A stretch of DNA of 64,000 nt from NCBI GenBank assembly GCA_963749155.1, contig CAVVLO010000001.1, positions 448,001-512,000 of the forward strand, in the 5' to 3' direction. Below are positions 40,584 through 53,337 of the stretch, piece by piece. Source of the DNA: an uncultured Armatimonadia bacterium. GTDB lineage: Bacteria > Armatimonadota > Zipacnadia > CAVVLO01. Each line of letters begins with the position of its first letter. The stretch's first letter is position 1. The translations under genes were made by a program, and so were the position numbers. Under the pieces are notes generated by a model that was not told where the DNA came from, ran no database searches, and saw only the letters and a list, made by a program, of their open reading frames with translations.

Positions 40584-41849
40584 ATGCCAGAAATACAACC
40601 TTTCAGGGCAATAACCTATTCGAAGCGCGCAGACCTCTCGCGGCTCCTCTGCCCCCCTTATGACATCGTCACTAGCCTGGATCGAGAGCGGCTTGACCAT
40701 CTGGAAACCCATAACTTTATCAATCTCATCCTGCCGGAAGGCGTAGATGCTTATCAGCACAGTCGCCAGTTGCTGGACGAGTGGCTGGCCGAGGGGATGC
40801 TACAGGAACGTCCCGCGCCGGCGCTTTACGTGTACCGCCAGACTTTCGAGTTTGGCTCCGAACTTTATACGCGGACGGCGCTTATAGCTTCGGTACGGGC
40901 GACCGACTATTCTGAGGGGAAAGTCCTTCCTCACGAATACACCCACAAGCACGCCAAGGAAGACCGCTTGCATCTCCTCGAGGCCACCAGGGCCAATCTC
41001 GACTGTGTCCTGGGGCTGTATTCCGATGCCTCGGGCACTGTAGCAGGCTTGCTTGCCGAGGGCGCCCGGCAGGGAGAACTGCTGATCGACTCGGATGACC
41101 CGATGGGGTATCGTAACGAGCTCTTCGAAGTGACCGATCCCTCTCTTTTGATGAGCCTTGAGGAGGCGCTGGCCTCGACCGTGGTGGTCATCGGCGATGG
41201 TCATCATCGGTACGAGACAGCCCTCAATTATCGTGATTCGCGAAGGCAAGCGGCAGGCCAGATTGACTTTGAGGCTCCGTGGGAATTCGTAATGATGGCG
41301 CTCGTGGCAGAGGAAGATCCCGGGCTGTGCATTCTGCCAACCCATCGGATAATTGATCCAGGAGAGGCGCTGGGCGGGGTAGAGCCGTTCCTTGAGGCAT
41401 TGGCTGTGGATTTTGACCTGAAGCTGCTGGATGCCCCTGCGGTCTCGAGATGGGAGCAGCATCGGGCCCCTGGCGGCTTTGTGGTGTGTCTTTCGGACGG
41501 ACGGCGCTGGCTGGCTGAGGCGCGCGGGCCAGAGGCGATGGCGAAGGCGGCGCCGGACAGGTCCGAGGCCTGGCGGGTGCTGGATGTGGCGCTTTCGCAA
41601 GAGCTGGTGCTGAAGAAGCTACTGAAGCTTTCGGATGATGAACTGCTGCCCAAGGTCGAGTATGTGAAGAGCCGGCGGTTGCTGGCGCGCAGGCTGGCCG
41701 AGGCGCCGCTCAGAGTCGGCCTGATGATGGGCAAGCCGGATGTAAGCGCAATTTTGAAGGTGGCGGCGGCGGGCGAGAAGATGCCCCAGAAGTCGACTTA
41801 CATCGAGCCCAAGCTCACCAGCGGGCTGCTGCTGAGGCTGCTGGACTAG
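40584..41849 (+). CDS. DUF1015 family protein
   Basis: IQPFRA, PPYDIV, LPHE.T, IGDGHHRYETA, ILPTHR, KMPQKSTY.EPKL.SGL. Confidence 0.92.
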   Translation: MPEIQPFRAITYSKRADLSRLLCPPYDIVTSLDRERLDHLETHNFINLILPEGVDAYQHSRQLLDEWLAEGMLQERPAPALYVYRQTFEFGSELYTRTALIASVRATDYSEGKVLPHEYTHKHAKEDRLHLLEATRANLDCVLGLYSDASGTVAGLLAEGARQGELLIDSDDPMGYRNELFEVTDPSLLMSLEEALASTVVVIGDGHHRYETALNYRDSRRQAAGQIDFEAPWEFVMMALVAEEDPGLCILPTHRIIDPGEALGGVEPFLEALAVDFDLKLLDAPAVSRWEQHRAPGGFVVCLSDGRRWLAEARGPEAMAKAAPDRSEAWRVLDVALSQELVLKKLLKLSDDELLPKVEYVKSRRLLARRLAEAPLRVGLMMGKPDVSAILKVAAAGEKMPQKSTYIEPKLTSGLLLRLLD

Positions 41850-41942
41850 AAGGCTTCGCAAAGTTATTTCAAACACGCTAAGTTAAGTTGACACCACTAC
41901 GCTCAGCCTGAGAATTATCATCCAGAAAAAGTCCTTTCCCCC

Positions 41943-41970
41943 TTGACACTTTGGCTACAGGTGCTATATT
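41943..41970 (+). promoter_or_regulatory. Sigma70 promoter of groESL
   Basis: TTGACA-N16-TATATT with extended TG. Confidence 0.75.
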
Positions 41971-41979
41971 TCCCCTTGG

Positions 41980-42006
41980 TTAGCAGTCTCGGGCTGAGAG
42001 TGCTAA
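41980..42006 (+). promoter_or_regulatory. CIRCE element (HrcA operator)
   Basis: TTAGCAGTC-N9-GAGTGCTAA, one mismatch to consensus, upstream of groES. Confidence 0.92.
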
Positions 42007-42079
42007 TCTTCCAAACAAGCTCCCTGAGGCAGTGCTTCGGGAGAGCAAATCCAATAACAAGAATGGAGGGGAGAAGCCA

Positions 42080-42382
42080 ATGGCAAACGATCTCAACCTC
42101 AAACCACTGGGCAACCGCGTAGTGCTTGAGCCGCTGGAGAAGCAGGAGACGACCGATTCGGGTCTCGTACTGCCTGATACCGCCAAAAAACGGCCTCAGG
42201 AAGGTACCGTGCTGGCCCTTGGGCCAGGCCGAGTGACCGAGAACGGCGAGCGGGTGGCCATCGAGGGCGTCGAGACAGGGGACACAGTAGTGTATCCCGA
42301 GTACGGCGGCACCGAGTTCAAGGTCGCCGGCAAGACGTATCTGATCATTGATGCCGATTCACTGCTCGCAGTGCGCAAGTAA
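42080..42382 (+). CDS. groES: Co-chaperonin GroES
   Basis: [31 protein letters not shown]. Confidence 0.97.
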   Translation: MANDLNLKPLGNRVVLEPLEKQETTDSGLVLPDTAKKRPQEGTVLALGPGRVTENGERVAIEGVETGDTVVYPEYGGTEFKVAGKTYLIIDADSLLAVRK

Positions 42383-44032
<1,650 letters not shown>

Positions 44033-44057
44033 GCGGCTTTTCAAAGCCTGGCAGTAA

Positions 44058-44093
44058 AGCAGAGGCCCGACCTTTATGGTCGGGCCTTTTGCT
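44058..44093. terminator. Terminator hairpin between the convergent groEL and M16 genes
   Basis: AGGCCCGACC-tttat-GGTCGGGCCT followed by TTT. Confidence 0.8.
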
Positions 44094-45493
44094 GGGTGGG
44101 AGAAACTAGATGGCGTCCTGACCAGCCTTCGTCAGCCTCGCCGTTGCCTACACCCGGCATCACCATTACCACAGCAGAGGGCACAGGGCCAAAACTGGCA
44201 AGCAAGGTTTCCATCGAGGCGGGGGTCACTTCCGCGCAAGCTCTCTGGAGGGCGAACACCTCAAGGCCAGTAAGACCACAGGCTTCCATCCGGGCCATAT
44301 GGCGCGCAAGGTCGGCAGGTTCGGGATAACCCAGGGCCTGTTTGTTGGTAGAGGCAAGCCTGGCCGAGGTCAGACGCTCTGTGGTCTGAAGCTCGACTTG
44401 GGCCTGGGCAAGCGAGGCGACGACATCCTCATAACTTTCTTTCAGCACGCGCGGGTCAGAAGCGCAGGTGATAGAAAGCAGCAATCCCTTGCGCGTGAAG
44501 GCCAAGAGAGGTCATCCGCTGGGTGCGCGCGAGCACCGCTTTGATAAAGTCGGGCAAGGGCAGGCCCGCGAGCAGCGCAGGATCGAGTCGGCCATCTCCG
44601 GTCGAAAGCTGCTGGGCAAGCACGAGCAGCGAAGCATACTGCGCCAAGGAAGGGGCGGAAAGCTCCCAGGCGCAGGTGACCTCGGCCATTGGCGGCCCCT
44701 CCGAAACAAGCAGAGCAGGTAGCTGAGGGGGCGCCTCCTCGGCGGGACGGGTCTGCCAGCGAACCGGCCTCAGGGGAACAGTTTTGAGGGCGCTTTCCAA
44801 AGCCTTGCCATCGAAACTGCCTACCACCGCGACGAAGGCTTTGTCGGCCGAGAAAGTCGACGAGTAAAAATTGAAGAGGTCATCGGCGGTCATCAACTGG
44901 GCGACGTAAACGGCGTCCGAGGCCAGCGTCGTACTCTGCCCATAACCGCCAGTCAGATTCTGCACAGCCAGGCGCTGGGCTACCTGAGGCACCGAAAGAC
45001 TCTCGAAGAGACGCTGAGAGGTGCGCGGTATGACACTGGACTGGACGAAATCTTCCGAAGGCGGGGCTAGCGAAAAAAGCTGGGTCACAAAGGCAAGCGC
45101 GGTGGGGAAGGAATCTTCAGGGCCTGCCAGCAGCAGTTCGAAGAACTCGTATTCGCCCGAGAGCACGACGACCTGACCGCCTTTGGCGCTCAGTTCTCCC
45201 GCCAGCTTGTCGAGGCCGGCAGCAGGACTGCGGTCATCTCCCGAGGGAGATGAGATAAGCGAGGCAAGCGCGTCAGAATAAGCCGCAAGCGCCTCTCCAG
45301 CGCCTTTGGGCAGCTTGAGCAGGAGGTGCAAGGCATAGGCGCCAGTCGTGGTCGAGGGCAGGGTCAGGAGTTGCAGGCGGTTGGCCAGCAACAAGCGGTC
45401 AGGCCGGGCCTGCTGGGCCAGCGCGGGATGGCAGGCCAGCAGGACAAGCACCATCAGAAGCCAGAAAAAACGAGAGCGAGCAACCATTGGCAC
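44074..45493 (-). CDS. Secreted M16 peptidase-like protein, no HXXEH; probable frameshift near 44505
   Basis: Signal peptide; LANRLQL, DDLFNFYSSTFSADKAFVAVVGSFD, CAEVT; adjacent to an M16 paralog. Confidence 0.6.
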
Positions 45494-45500
45494 TCTCCAA

Positions 45501-46883
45501 TCAATAATAAACGAGTACTAGCCTGGCTTCGTCCCAGGCCAGTTTCTTGCTTGCCAGGTCAGGCAGTTCGGAAAGCTTGAGGGCAGTGATATTTGAGGTG
45601 TAATCCACCCCGAAGGAATAGCCCCCCTTACGCTGGTAGAAAGCCAGAGCATCGGCGCGCTCGAGGGGATTCTGGTTGCCCGCGAGAAAACCTGCGAGCA
45701 GTCGCCTGCGAGCATCTTCGAGCACTTCGGGTGTGAGTTTGCTGGGCAATCCATTAAAATGGCGCTGCAACGCCGCTATGACACTGCTGGCCTGGTCTTC
45801 AGGCACGTCCAGCCCAAGGGTAAGCAAGGCAGGCCCTTCAAAAGTAAGGAACTCCACCGAAACGGGATTTCTGAGGTCCACGTCTCCGAGCACGCTCATC
45901 ACGCTGGCAGGCCCATATCCGAGCAAGGCATAAAGCAGCACATCGTATTGCCAGACCCGTTTGGGCGTGTCGAGCGAGGGGCCGGTGAAAGCGACAAGGA
46001 TATGCGCGTTATCTCCGAGACTGCCTTCGGTAATTATGCCGCGACTAGGGGGAGCGGGCGCGACGGGGACCGCAGGCGCCGGCTCACCAGCGCGCAGCAG
46101 AGGCGCAAGCTCGGAGGTCACAAAGGAGAAAACTTCCTCCGGCAAGACAGGTCCGCCTACCACCAGGCCAGCCTGGCGAGCAACGTAATGCTGGCGCCAG
46201 AAGGAGATCACATCGCGCAGAGCAAGGGCTTGAAGGCTTTCGCGTGAGCCTCTTACTGGCAAGGAGTAAGGATGGCCGGCGTAAATCGCCTGGTGGGCGC
46301 GGTCCAGAGCGCTGTAAGTGGGATTCTGAGCAAGCCGTTCCAGTTCGCTCAGGACCTGGGGCCGGGCTTTATCCAGTTGTTCGGCCTTCGGCTCTTCCAC
46401 AAAAAGCACGGTGAAGATAGCGCGCAAAGCTTCTCGCCAGTTGAGAGGCGAGCAAGAAAGTGAAAAGGAGGTGTAATCTTTGTTGGAGTTTTGTAGCAGG
46501 CCAGTGCCTAGCAGGGGACTTGCCGGATGGCTGGAAGCATCAAGCCAGCCTTCAAGAGAAGAACTTTTGAGTTCGGCAAGCAGGTTGGCAAGGCCGCTGG
46601 TGGCAGCCTCATCGAGGTGAGAGCCAGCCTCCAGGCTCACAACCAGGCTGACCTGGGCCGATGCGGGGACCTGGTCGACCACGCAGCCAAGCCCGCAAGG
46701 TAATTCCTGACTGACGACCGAACTTGCGAGGAAGGGGCCGCGCGCAAGCGAATCGGGAGCAGCAAGAACCGGCCCCGTAGCGATTAGCAGCAATAAAAAC
46801 GCTGCAAGCAGGCCGGGGACGTGTGCTATAATCCGGCGCGAATCCAGGTCTGGGCGGACGATTAAGACGCTAAAGAGCTTCAT
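45501..46883 (-). CDS. Secreted M16 (pitrilysin-like) peptidase homolog with degenerate active site
   Basis: AGSHLDE...GLANLLAEL in place of HXXEH; YAGHPYSLPVRG, FWRQHY, LVVGG; start uncertain. Confidence 0.75.
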   Translation of the reverse strand: MKLFSVLIVRPDLDSRRIIAHVPGLLAAFLLLLIATGPVLAAPDSLARGPFLASSVVSQELPCGLGCVVDQVPASAQVSLVVSLEAGSHLDEAATSGLANLLAELKSSSLEGWLDASSHPASPLLGTGLLQNSNKDYTSFSLSCSPLNWREALRAIFTVLFVEEPKAEQLDKARPQVLSELERLAQNPTYSALDRAHQAIYAGHPYSLPVRGSRESLQALALRDVISFWRQHYVARQAGLVVGGPVLPEEVFSFVTSELAPLLRAGEPAPAVPVAPAPPSRGIITEGSLGDNAHILVAFTGPSLDTPKRVWQYDVLLYALLGYGPASVMSVLGDVDLRNPVSVEFLTFEGPALLTLGLDVPEDQASSVIAALQRHFNGLPSKLTPEVLEDARRRLLAGFLAGNQNPLERADALAFYQRKGGYSFGVDYTSNITALKLSELPDLASKKLAWDEARLVLVYY

Positions 46884-47988
46884 AAGACAGCTTGATTACA
46901 CCTTGCTTGCCGCCGTCGCGGGGCTGGCGGCTTTCAGTCTGCTGATGATCTACAGCAGTACCCACGCCAACAGCGCCCTGGTCGGCGACAAACCCCTTTA
47001 CTACGTAACGCGTCAGGCGCTCTGGTTTGTCCTTGGGTTCGGCGGGCTGCTCGTGCTGGCGATAATGGACTATCATCAAGTATTGCTGGCGCGGCGAGTC
47101 ATATACATCTTTATGCTGGCCACGCTGGTCTTCGTGCTGATATTTGCGCCTTCAGTGAGAGAAACGACTCGGTTTATCCCGATTGGGCCTTTCCGCTTTC
47201 TGCCTTCGGAGTTCGCCAAGTTAGGGTTAATCATAACACTAACCGGGGTACTCACCAACCAGGGCAAACAGATCCAGCAAATACCGCAACTTCTTATTAG
47301 CCTTTTGCACGTGGCTGTGCCGATGATGCTTATTCTGAGACAGCCGGCGCTGGGCTCTACGCTGACCGTGCTGGTGATCTGGACCGCGATGGTGTTCGCG
47401 GCGGGTTCCAGGCTACCGCATATGGCCGGAATTGGCCTTGCAATGAGCGGGGCAAGCGTGGTGGCGTGGTTCACAGGGGTCATCAAGCCCTATCAGAAAG
47501 CGCGTTTGCTGGCCTTCCTCGACCCGGCAGCCGACCCGATGGGGGCCGGCTATCACCTTAGGCAATCGAAAATTGCAATCGGCGCCGGGCAGGCGCTCGG
47601 GGCCGGATTGCTTCAGGGATCGCAGACCCAGTTGCATTTTATTCCCGACCAGCACACTGACTTTATTTTCACTTGCGTGGGGGAAGAAATCGGCTTTCTG
47701 GGCGGGATGCTGCTGCTTCTGCTTTACGGGATTATCCTCTGGCGCGCGCTCGAGATAGCTTTGTCGGCCAAGGATACCGCAGGCAGCCTTATGGCGGTGG
47801 GGGTGGCAACCTTGATGGTCTTCCATATTGTCATCAATATCGGGATGACCGTCGGGCTTGCGCCTCCAACAGGAGTCGCCTTGCCTCTCTTCAGTTATGG
47901 CGGTAGCCAGGTGATGGCCATGCTGGCCGGAATCGGGCTGCTGCAAAGCATATACATCAGGCGTAATCCGTTGCAATTTGCACGCTAA
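46861..47988 (+). CDS. rodA: Rod shape-determining SEDS protein RodA (start uncertain)
   Basis: LDYTLL, PSEFAK, KPYQKARL.AFLDP.ADP.GAGY, IPDQHTDFIF, TGVALPLFSYGGS. Confidence 0.92.
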   Translation: MKTLKSFIRQLDYTLLAAVAGLAAFSLLMIYSSTHANSALVGDKPLYYVTRQALWFVLGFGGLLVLAIMDYHQVLLARRVIYIFMLATLVFVLIFAPSVRETTRFIPIGPFRFLPSEFAKLGLIITLTGVLTNQGKQIQQIPQLLISLLHVAVPMMLILRQPALGSTLTVLVIWTAMVFAAGSRLPHMAGIGLAMSGASVVAWFTGVIKPYQKARLLAFLDPAADPMGAGYHLRQSKIAIGAGQALGAGLLQGSQTQLHFIPDQHTDFIFTCVGEEIGFLGGMLLLLLYGIILWRALEIALSAKDTAGSLMAVGVATLMVFHIVINIGMTVGLAPPTGVALPLFSYGGSQVMAMLAGIGLLQSIYIRRNPLQFAR

Positions 47989-48004
47989 CAGGGAGGAATT
48001 TGGA

Positions 48005-49033
48005 ATGGGATATGGAGTTGGACTTATCGGCGCAGGCCTTATTGCGGGCTTGCATCTGGACGCGCTGAAAGCGAGTCCTTACGTTGACTTCGTGGATATT
48101 GCGGAGGAGAGCGAAGCACTGCTGGCTCAGCGCAAAGCCGAATATGGCGACCTGATTCGCTCTACAACAACCAATTATCAGGATTTGCTGGCCAAGGACG
48201 AGTTGCAGGTTGTAGATATCACCGTGCCTCATTATCTGCATTATCCCGTGTGCAAGGCGGCCTTCGAAGCCGGCAAGCAGGTCATCATGGAGAAGCCAAT
48301 CACCATCGAGCTAGAGCATGGGGTAGAGCTTTGCAGGCTGGCCAGGGACAAAGGGCTGAGGTTCTACGTTTCGATGAACCAGCGGTTGATGCCCGCCCAC
48401 GTCAAAGTGGCCGAGTTGCTGGCCTCGGGCGAGCTGGGCAAGCCCTATCTGGCACTGTTCAATCTGATGGGTTATGACCCCCGGATGCTTGATGCGGATT
48501 CCTGGAAAGGCGACTGGGAAAAGGCTGGCGGCGGCGGGTTGATAGACACCGGCTTCCACGGAGCCTATCTGCTGAAGGGGTTCCTCGGGCCGGTAAAGAG
48601 CGTGCAGGCTGTGACCAAGCGCACGCTGTCGAACCTGGAGTCCAAAGCCGATGACATCGCGGTGGCTATCTGGGAGCACGAAAGCGGCGCCATATCGGAG
48701 CTTGCGGTGTGTTATGCCGTGAAGACCGATCCCTGGTACGAGACCAGGCGCATCTACTGCGAAGAGGCTTCGCTTCATTTCGATGACGATCCCATACGGC
48801 CGCTTAAAATCGGCCGGGGCGGGCAGTACGAGTGGGTAGAGGGGCTGGAGGCGCCGCAGGGCACTTTCGCCCAGTCGGTCAGCACCAGCGTCGCGCTGGG
48901 CCTCGAGGCACTGGCAACTGGGGGAGCTTTCCCCAGCGAGCCGGAAGAATCGGTCGAGGTGCTGAATCTGTTGCGGACGACTTATGAGGCCGCTCGGACT
49001 GGGCGCAAAATCGAGGTACCGGCTGTTTACTAG
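48005..49033 (+). CDS. Gfo/Idh/MocA oxidoreductase
   Basis: GLIGAG, VIMEKP, GGGGLIDTGFH. Confidence 0.9.
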   Translation: MGYGVGLIGAGLIAGLHLDALKASPYVDFVDIAEESEALLAQRKAEYGDLIRSTTTNYQDLLAKDELQVVDITVPHYLHYPVCKAAFEAGKQVIMEKPITIELEHGVELCRLARDKGLRFYVSMNQRLMPAHVKVAELLASGELGKPYLALFNLMGYDPRMLDADSWKGDWEKAGGGGLIDTGFHGAYLLKGFLGPVKSVQAVTKRTLSNLESKADDIAVAIWEHESGAISELAVCYAVKTDPWYETRRIYCEEASLHFDDDPIRPLKIGRGGQYEWVEGLEAPQGTFAQSVSTSVALGLEALATGGAFPSEPEESVEVLNLLRTTYEAARTGRKIEVPAVY

Positions 49034-49036
49034 TAT

Positions 49037-49951
49037 ATGAATAAGGCAGCGACGACCGGCAGGACCCTGGTAGGGGTGCATCTGCCACTGGATAAAGGAC
49101 TGAGGGGCGCCGTGGAATATGCGGCGTCCCTCAAACTCGACTGCGCCCAACTTTTCGCGGGCAATCCGCGCAGCTTTACTGCCTGTGCGTGGACAGAAGA
49201 AGCGATGGCGGAGTTTCGAGAGCTGGCCGAGGCGCAGGGGCTTGCGCCTTTGGTTATCCATGCGCGCTATCTTTGCAACCTGGCAAGTCCAGATCCCGAC
49301 CAGCAGCGACTGACAAGAGACTCGCTCCTGGACAGTCTGAGAGTCGCCGATGCAATTGGCGCGGGGTTTGTCGTGGTGCACTCGGGAGCGCATTTGGGAG
49401 AAGGACCAGAAGCAGGCCTCCAGCGCGCCCAGGATTCGGTGCGCGCGGTGCTGGCTCGCTACAGGGGGCAGGCTGGAATACTACTTGAAAACGGCGCTGG
49501 GTCAGGCACGGGACTGGGCGCAGACCTTTCGGAACTGGCGCGACTGGGAGAGGGGCTGGAGGCGGACCGGGTTGGCTTTTGCCTGGATACGGCCCACCTG
49601 CACGCGGCAGGATATGATTTTTCGGACGCGAAAGGACTTGCGCGTCTCGAAAAACAGGTAACGCGGGAACTAGGACTTGCCCGGCTAGCGTTGCTTCACG
49701 TGAACGACAACTCGCGCGAGCTTGGCGGCAGGTGGGATAGACACGAGCAACTCGGGGCCGGTAGAATTGGCCAGGGGGGCTTTGAAGCGCTGTTCGGCCT
49801 GGAGTGGCCCAGGGCTTTACCGTGCATACTCGAGACTCCAAAGAGTCCTGCCAGTGCCGACCGGCGCAATGTGAACTGGCTTAGGCGATTGCTGGCCGGC
49901 AAAGCGCCGGGGCAGCCTGTAAAGCCAGCCCGCAAGGATGTTTCCGCATAA
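49037..49951 (+). CDS. nfo: Endonuclease IV
   Basis: HARYLCNLAS, VVHSG, LLENGAG, CLDTAH, LHVND, DRHE.LG, ILETP. Confidence 0.93.
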   Translation: MNKAATTGRTLVGVHLPLDKGLRGAVEYAASLKLDCAQLFAGNPRSFTACAWTEEAMAEFRELAEAQGLAPLVIHARYLCNLASPDPDQQRLTRDSLLDSLRVADAIGAGFVVVHSGAHLGEGPEAGLQRAQDSVRAVLARYRGQAGILLENGAGSGTGLGADLSELARLGEGLEADRVGFCLDTAHLHAAGYDFSDAKGLARLEKQVTRELGLARLALLHVNDNSRELGGRWDRHEQLGAGRIGQGGFEALFGLEWPRALPCILETPKSPASADRRNVNWLRRLLAGKAPGQPVKPARKDVSA

Positions 49952-49965
49952 GCAGGAGGGACAGA

Positions 49966-50598
49966 ATGGTAAAGAGTATTCCGCTTGCAATTATCCTCAT
50001 CGTGGTGCTGCTTGTGATAGCACTCTTCCTGTTTGACCGCACTAGCCCCGAGCCGGACGAAGCGCCTGTTATAACCGAGCAGCGAACCGAAAGCGGGCTG
50101 GTAAAAGCTGATGTAATACTGATGCAGCGGTACAAGGGCAACTTGCTGCTCTTTGTGGAGACAGACATCGATGTTTTTCCCGCCAAAGGTGAAATCCAGC
50201 CGAACAAGAATCCCAATGTCTGCGCCAATTTTATGCGGCTGGTTGATGACCATAATTACATAGGGTCAACGGCAAGCCAGACAGAAAACGGAGCGATGTT
50301 GCAGGTGCTGTGTCAGAAAGAGAAGCTGACAGAAGGCGGACTTGAGAAACTGCCTGCGGACCGGGCCCCTGATAAACCGAAGAAAGGCGATATTTGCGTG
50401 GCTTTTGTTGAGGAGGGGCTGGTGACTGGGCGCGCTATGTACTTCTGCTTGAAGGAATCGGATACACTGAAGTCGAACTATCAGGTAATAGGGCACTTGT
50501 CGGAAGGGGTCGACAAACTGGCCAAGCTGGAGAACGGCTCCAGAGTCCAGGACCTGAGGGTAGAAAGACTGGTGCCGGGGCTGCAAGGGAACCAATAA
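49966..50598 (+). CDS. Membrane-anchored divergent cyclophilin-like protein
   Basis: N-terminal [43 protein letters not shown] parallels the cyclophilin C-terminus. Confidence 0.55.
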   Translation: MVKSIPLAIILIVVLLVIALFLFDRTSPEPDEAPVITEQRTESGLVKADVILMQRYKGNLLLFVETDIDVFPAKGEIQPNKNPNVCANFMRLVDDHNYIGSTASQTENGAMLQVLCQKEKLTEGGLEKLPADRAPDKPKKGDICVAFVEEGLVTGRAMYFCLKESDTLKSNYQVIGHLSEGVDKLAKLENGSRVQDLRVERLVPGLQGNQ

Positions 50599-50630
50599 GC
50601 ACCCATACAGCCCAAAAAGGGGGAAGCAGG

Positions 50631-51272
50631 ATGACACACCGACGCGGTTTCACGCTGATAGAGCTTTTGGTGGTCATCGCCATAATTGCAATACTGGCCG
50701 CCATTCTCTTCCCGGTGTATAACGCGACCAGGGAGAAGGGCCGCACTTCGGCGTGCGCGCAGAATATCAGGCAGCTCGCTTTGGCAATCGTGCAATACGC
50801 TGATGACTATGACGACGAGCTTCCAGTGGGGATGTGGACAGATCTGACAACCGGGCAGACCCATTACTGGTATGAGGGGTTGATGCCCTATATTCAGAAC
50901 TATGACATCTGGACCTGCCCTTCAGAACCTGATGTGTGGCTCGGGTACGGTTACAACTATCAATATCTGGGTTTCCAGGATCCGATGACTGGCCAGTTGA
51001 ATACCTTCAAGGCTGGTATGGTGCGGAACAAGGCGCGCACCATATCGCTGGCCGACACCAAGCCTTTCACTTCAACAACTGGAGGGACAGTAGTCGGAGG
51101 CAGAGAGCCAAGGCCACTATTGGTACCGGTAACCGATTCCCAGTTCGAGTACGTTATCTCGAAGCGACATAATCAGGGCGCCAACTGCGCGCATCTGGAC
51201 GGGCATGTTAAGTGGTTCTCCTATGACACCTTGCTTGAGCATCCGGAGTGGTGGGACCGGAATCTGCCCTGA
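50631..51272 (+). CDS. Prepilin-type N-terminal cleavage/methylation protein (DUF1559, H-X9-DG)
   Basis: [39 protein letters not shown]. Confidence 0.93.
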   Translation: MTHRRGFTLIELLVVIAIIAILAAILFPVYNATREKGRTSACAQNIRQLALAIVQYADDYDDELPVGMWTDLTTGQTHYWYEGLMPYIQNYDIWTCPSEPDVWLGYGYNYQYLGFQDPMTGQLNTFKAGMVRNKARTISLADTKPFTSTTGGTVVGGREPRPLLVPVTDSQFEYVISKRHNQGANCAHLDGHVKWFSYDTLLEHPEWWDRNLP

Positions 51273-51275
51273 CAA

Positions 51276-53337
51276 GTGGATAGAAGCCTGCTGACAGTTA
51301 TGCTAATGATGACTTTTATGGGCTGCCTTGCCTTCGGGGCGGGGCAGCCTTTCTTTGTGGGTCAGCGACAGCTCTCGGTCGCCGGCGACAGGCTGCTGGC
51401 GGATGGGCAGGCGCTGGAAGGCCTCGGCGTGATGTGGCATGCGGGAGAGGTTACTCCGGAGCAGGATGAGGCCTGGTACAAGGGCAACTTCCGCAGGATG
51501 AAAGAGGCGGGCTTCAGTTTTGTGGGACTGGAGCGAGGCTGGAATGCCCTCGAACCGGAGCAGGGCAAGTTCGACTTCAACCCCCAGGGCTTTGAGGACG
51601 TCATCCGCTGGGCAGGTGAAGAAGGCCTGTGGGTCACAATCCTGCTGACGCCCCATTACACGCCGGGCTGGGTGATGGAAGCCTTCGGCGACGTGGGAAT
51701 AAAAGATGTCGAGGGCAATCCGACGAACGGGAGCTTCCTCTATTTTTCTCCTTTCAGTCCCGCCGTCGAGGCACAGATTGCCTTCCAGAAGGCGGCTTTG
51801 GAGCATTACTCGGCCTGGCCTAACGTGATGGCAGTCTTCCTGACCAATGAGCAGGGCTGGGGCCAAGGCGCCTGGGGAGATTACAGCAACTGGGCCAAGG
51901 CAGCCTGGGAGCACTGGCGCGCCGAGCAGGGCCTTCCTCCGGCCTCGCTGCCGCGCGAAGGCGAAGCAGGCTGGGAGGAGTTTCTCCACTTCCGCAGGCA
52001 GGGCTTCGTGGACTATATGAACCGGCTGTATGAGGGCGCGACCGCGGGGCGCAGGCGCTTTGTGCCTGTGGCGCACAAGCTGGTCTTCTACGTCGCAAGT
52101 GACGCCTTCGCGCACCGGTGGGGACTGCGATACTCGCCTCTGCAACTGAAGGGCGACCTGCTGGCGGCGGACGCCTATCCAGGCTCGGAGTTGACCAGGG
52201 CTGGCGAAAGGGCTTTTGGGTTGCCAATTGTCTATGCGGAAGTAAACTTCCAGGCTTCGCCTGAAGGCCCCGAGGCGAAGGGCCAGTGTTTCAGCCTGGC
52301 GCTGGATCATTATTTTGCGGGGATTGGCCTGCAGCAGCTTTACGCCTGGAATGTGAAGGGGCCGGAATTCGCCTGGGGGCTGCAACGGGCCGAGGGCGAG
52401 CTGAACGAGGCGGGCGAAGGTTATGCCGCCGCGGCCAAGTTTCTCGCAGAGCTGCCGGAAGGGAAGGGTACCCTCAGCGCGACCAATCTGGCCCTGGTGA
52501 TTCCCGAAAGAGATTTCGCACTGCACGCGGACAGATACTGGATTTTTCAGCACCGGATGACTGAGGTGGCTGGCGCGGCGCGGAGCCTGGGATTTGACCC
52601 GGTCTGGGTCTATTCGGGCGACCTGAAGCCGACTCAGTACCCTTACTCAAGACCTGAAGGGCAGGAGCTGAACCTTGCCAGGGCGCCCTTGGTTTTTTGT
52701 CTCGATGATGCGGGGCGAGAAGTCGCCTTTGGGTTTGGCGATCTGGAGCGGCTGGCGCGCGAGGGGCATGCGGTGGTCTTCGAGGCGCGGTCGGGAGCTG
52801 ACTTCCCGGAGTGGACAGGCCTGAGGCTGCACCGAAGCGAGGGGACCGACCCGACAATACGGCTTGAAGGCGCCGAAGCCACTTCAGAGGCGCTGGATGT
52901 GCAAGGCTGGGTCGAGGCAAGTGGGCAGAGCAACTGCCTGGCCACTTATGAGGCGACTGGCCAGCCGGCGCTCGTGGCGCGCCAGGTTGGGAAAGGGCTG
53001 GTGGTGGCGGCAGGCTTTCGGCTGTCAGGCCTGCTCGCAACCGATGAAGGCAAGCGGTTGCTGGCAAGCCTTGCAGCAAGAGTCGGCGCAAATCCGCTGG
53101 TGAGTGAGCCTATTGCTTTTGCGGCGATGCGGTCGGGGTATGTCTATCTGAGAGCCGAGGCGCCCTGGGAAGGAAGCCTCAACCTGCCAAGGTCGGTTGT
53201 CAGCCGGCAAGCAGCAGGTTTATAGTAGAGAAGGCGCGCTGCTGCGCCTGGTGGCTGAAGGCGAGTCACTGAAGCTGGCGGCGGGCGAACTGGCGCTTAT
53301 TGAGCTTCTACCGAGTGAAGGGAGCAATCCGAAGTGA
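51276..53337 (+). CDS. Secreted GH42-like beta-galactosidase; probable C-terminal frameshift near 53200
   Basis: Signal peptide; MKEAGFSFV, WNALEPEQGKFDF, TPGW, TNE; alternate frame continues to a stop overlapping the next start. Confidence 0.75.
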
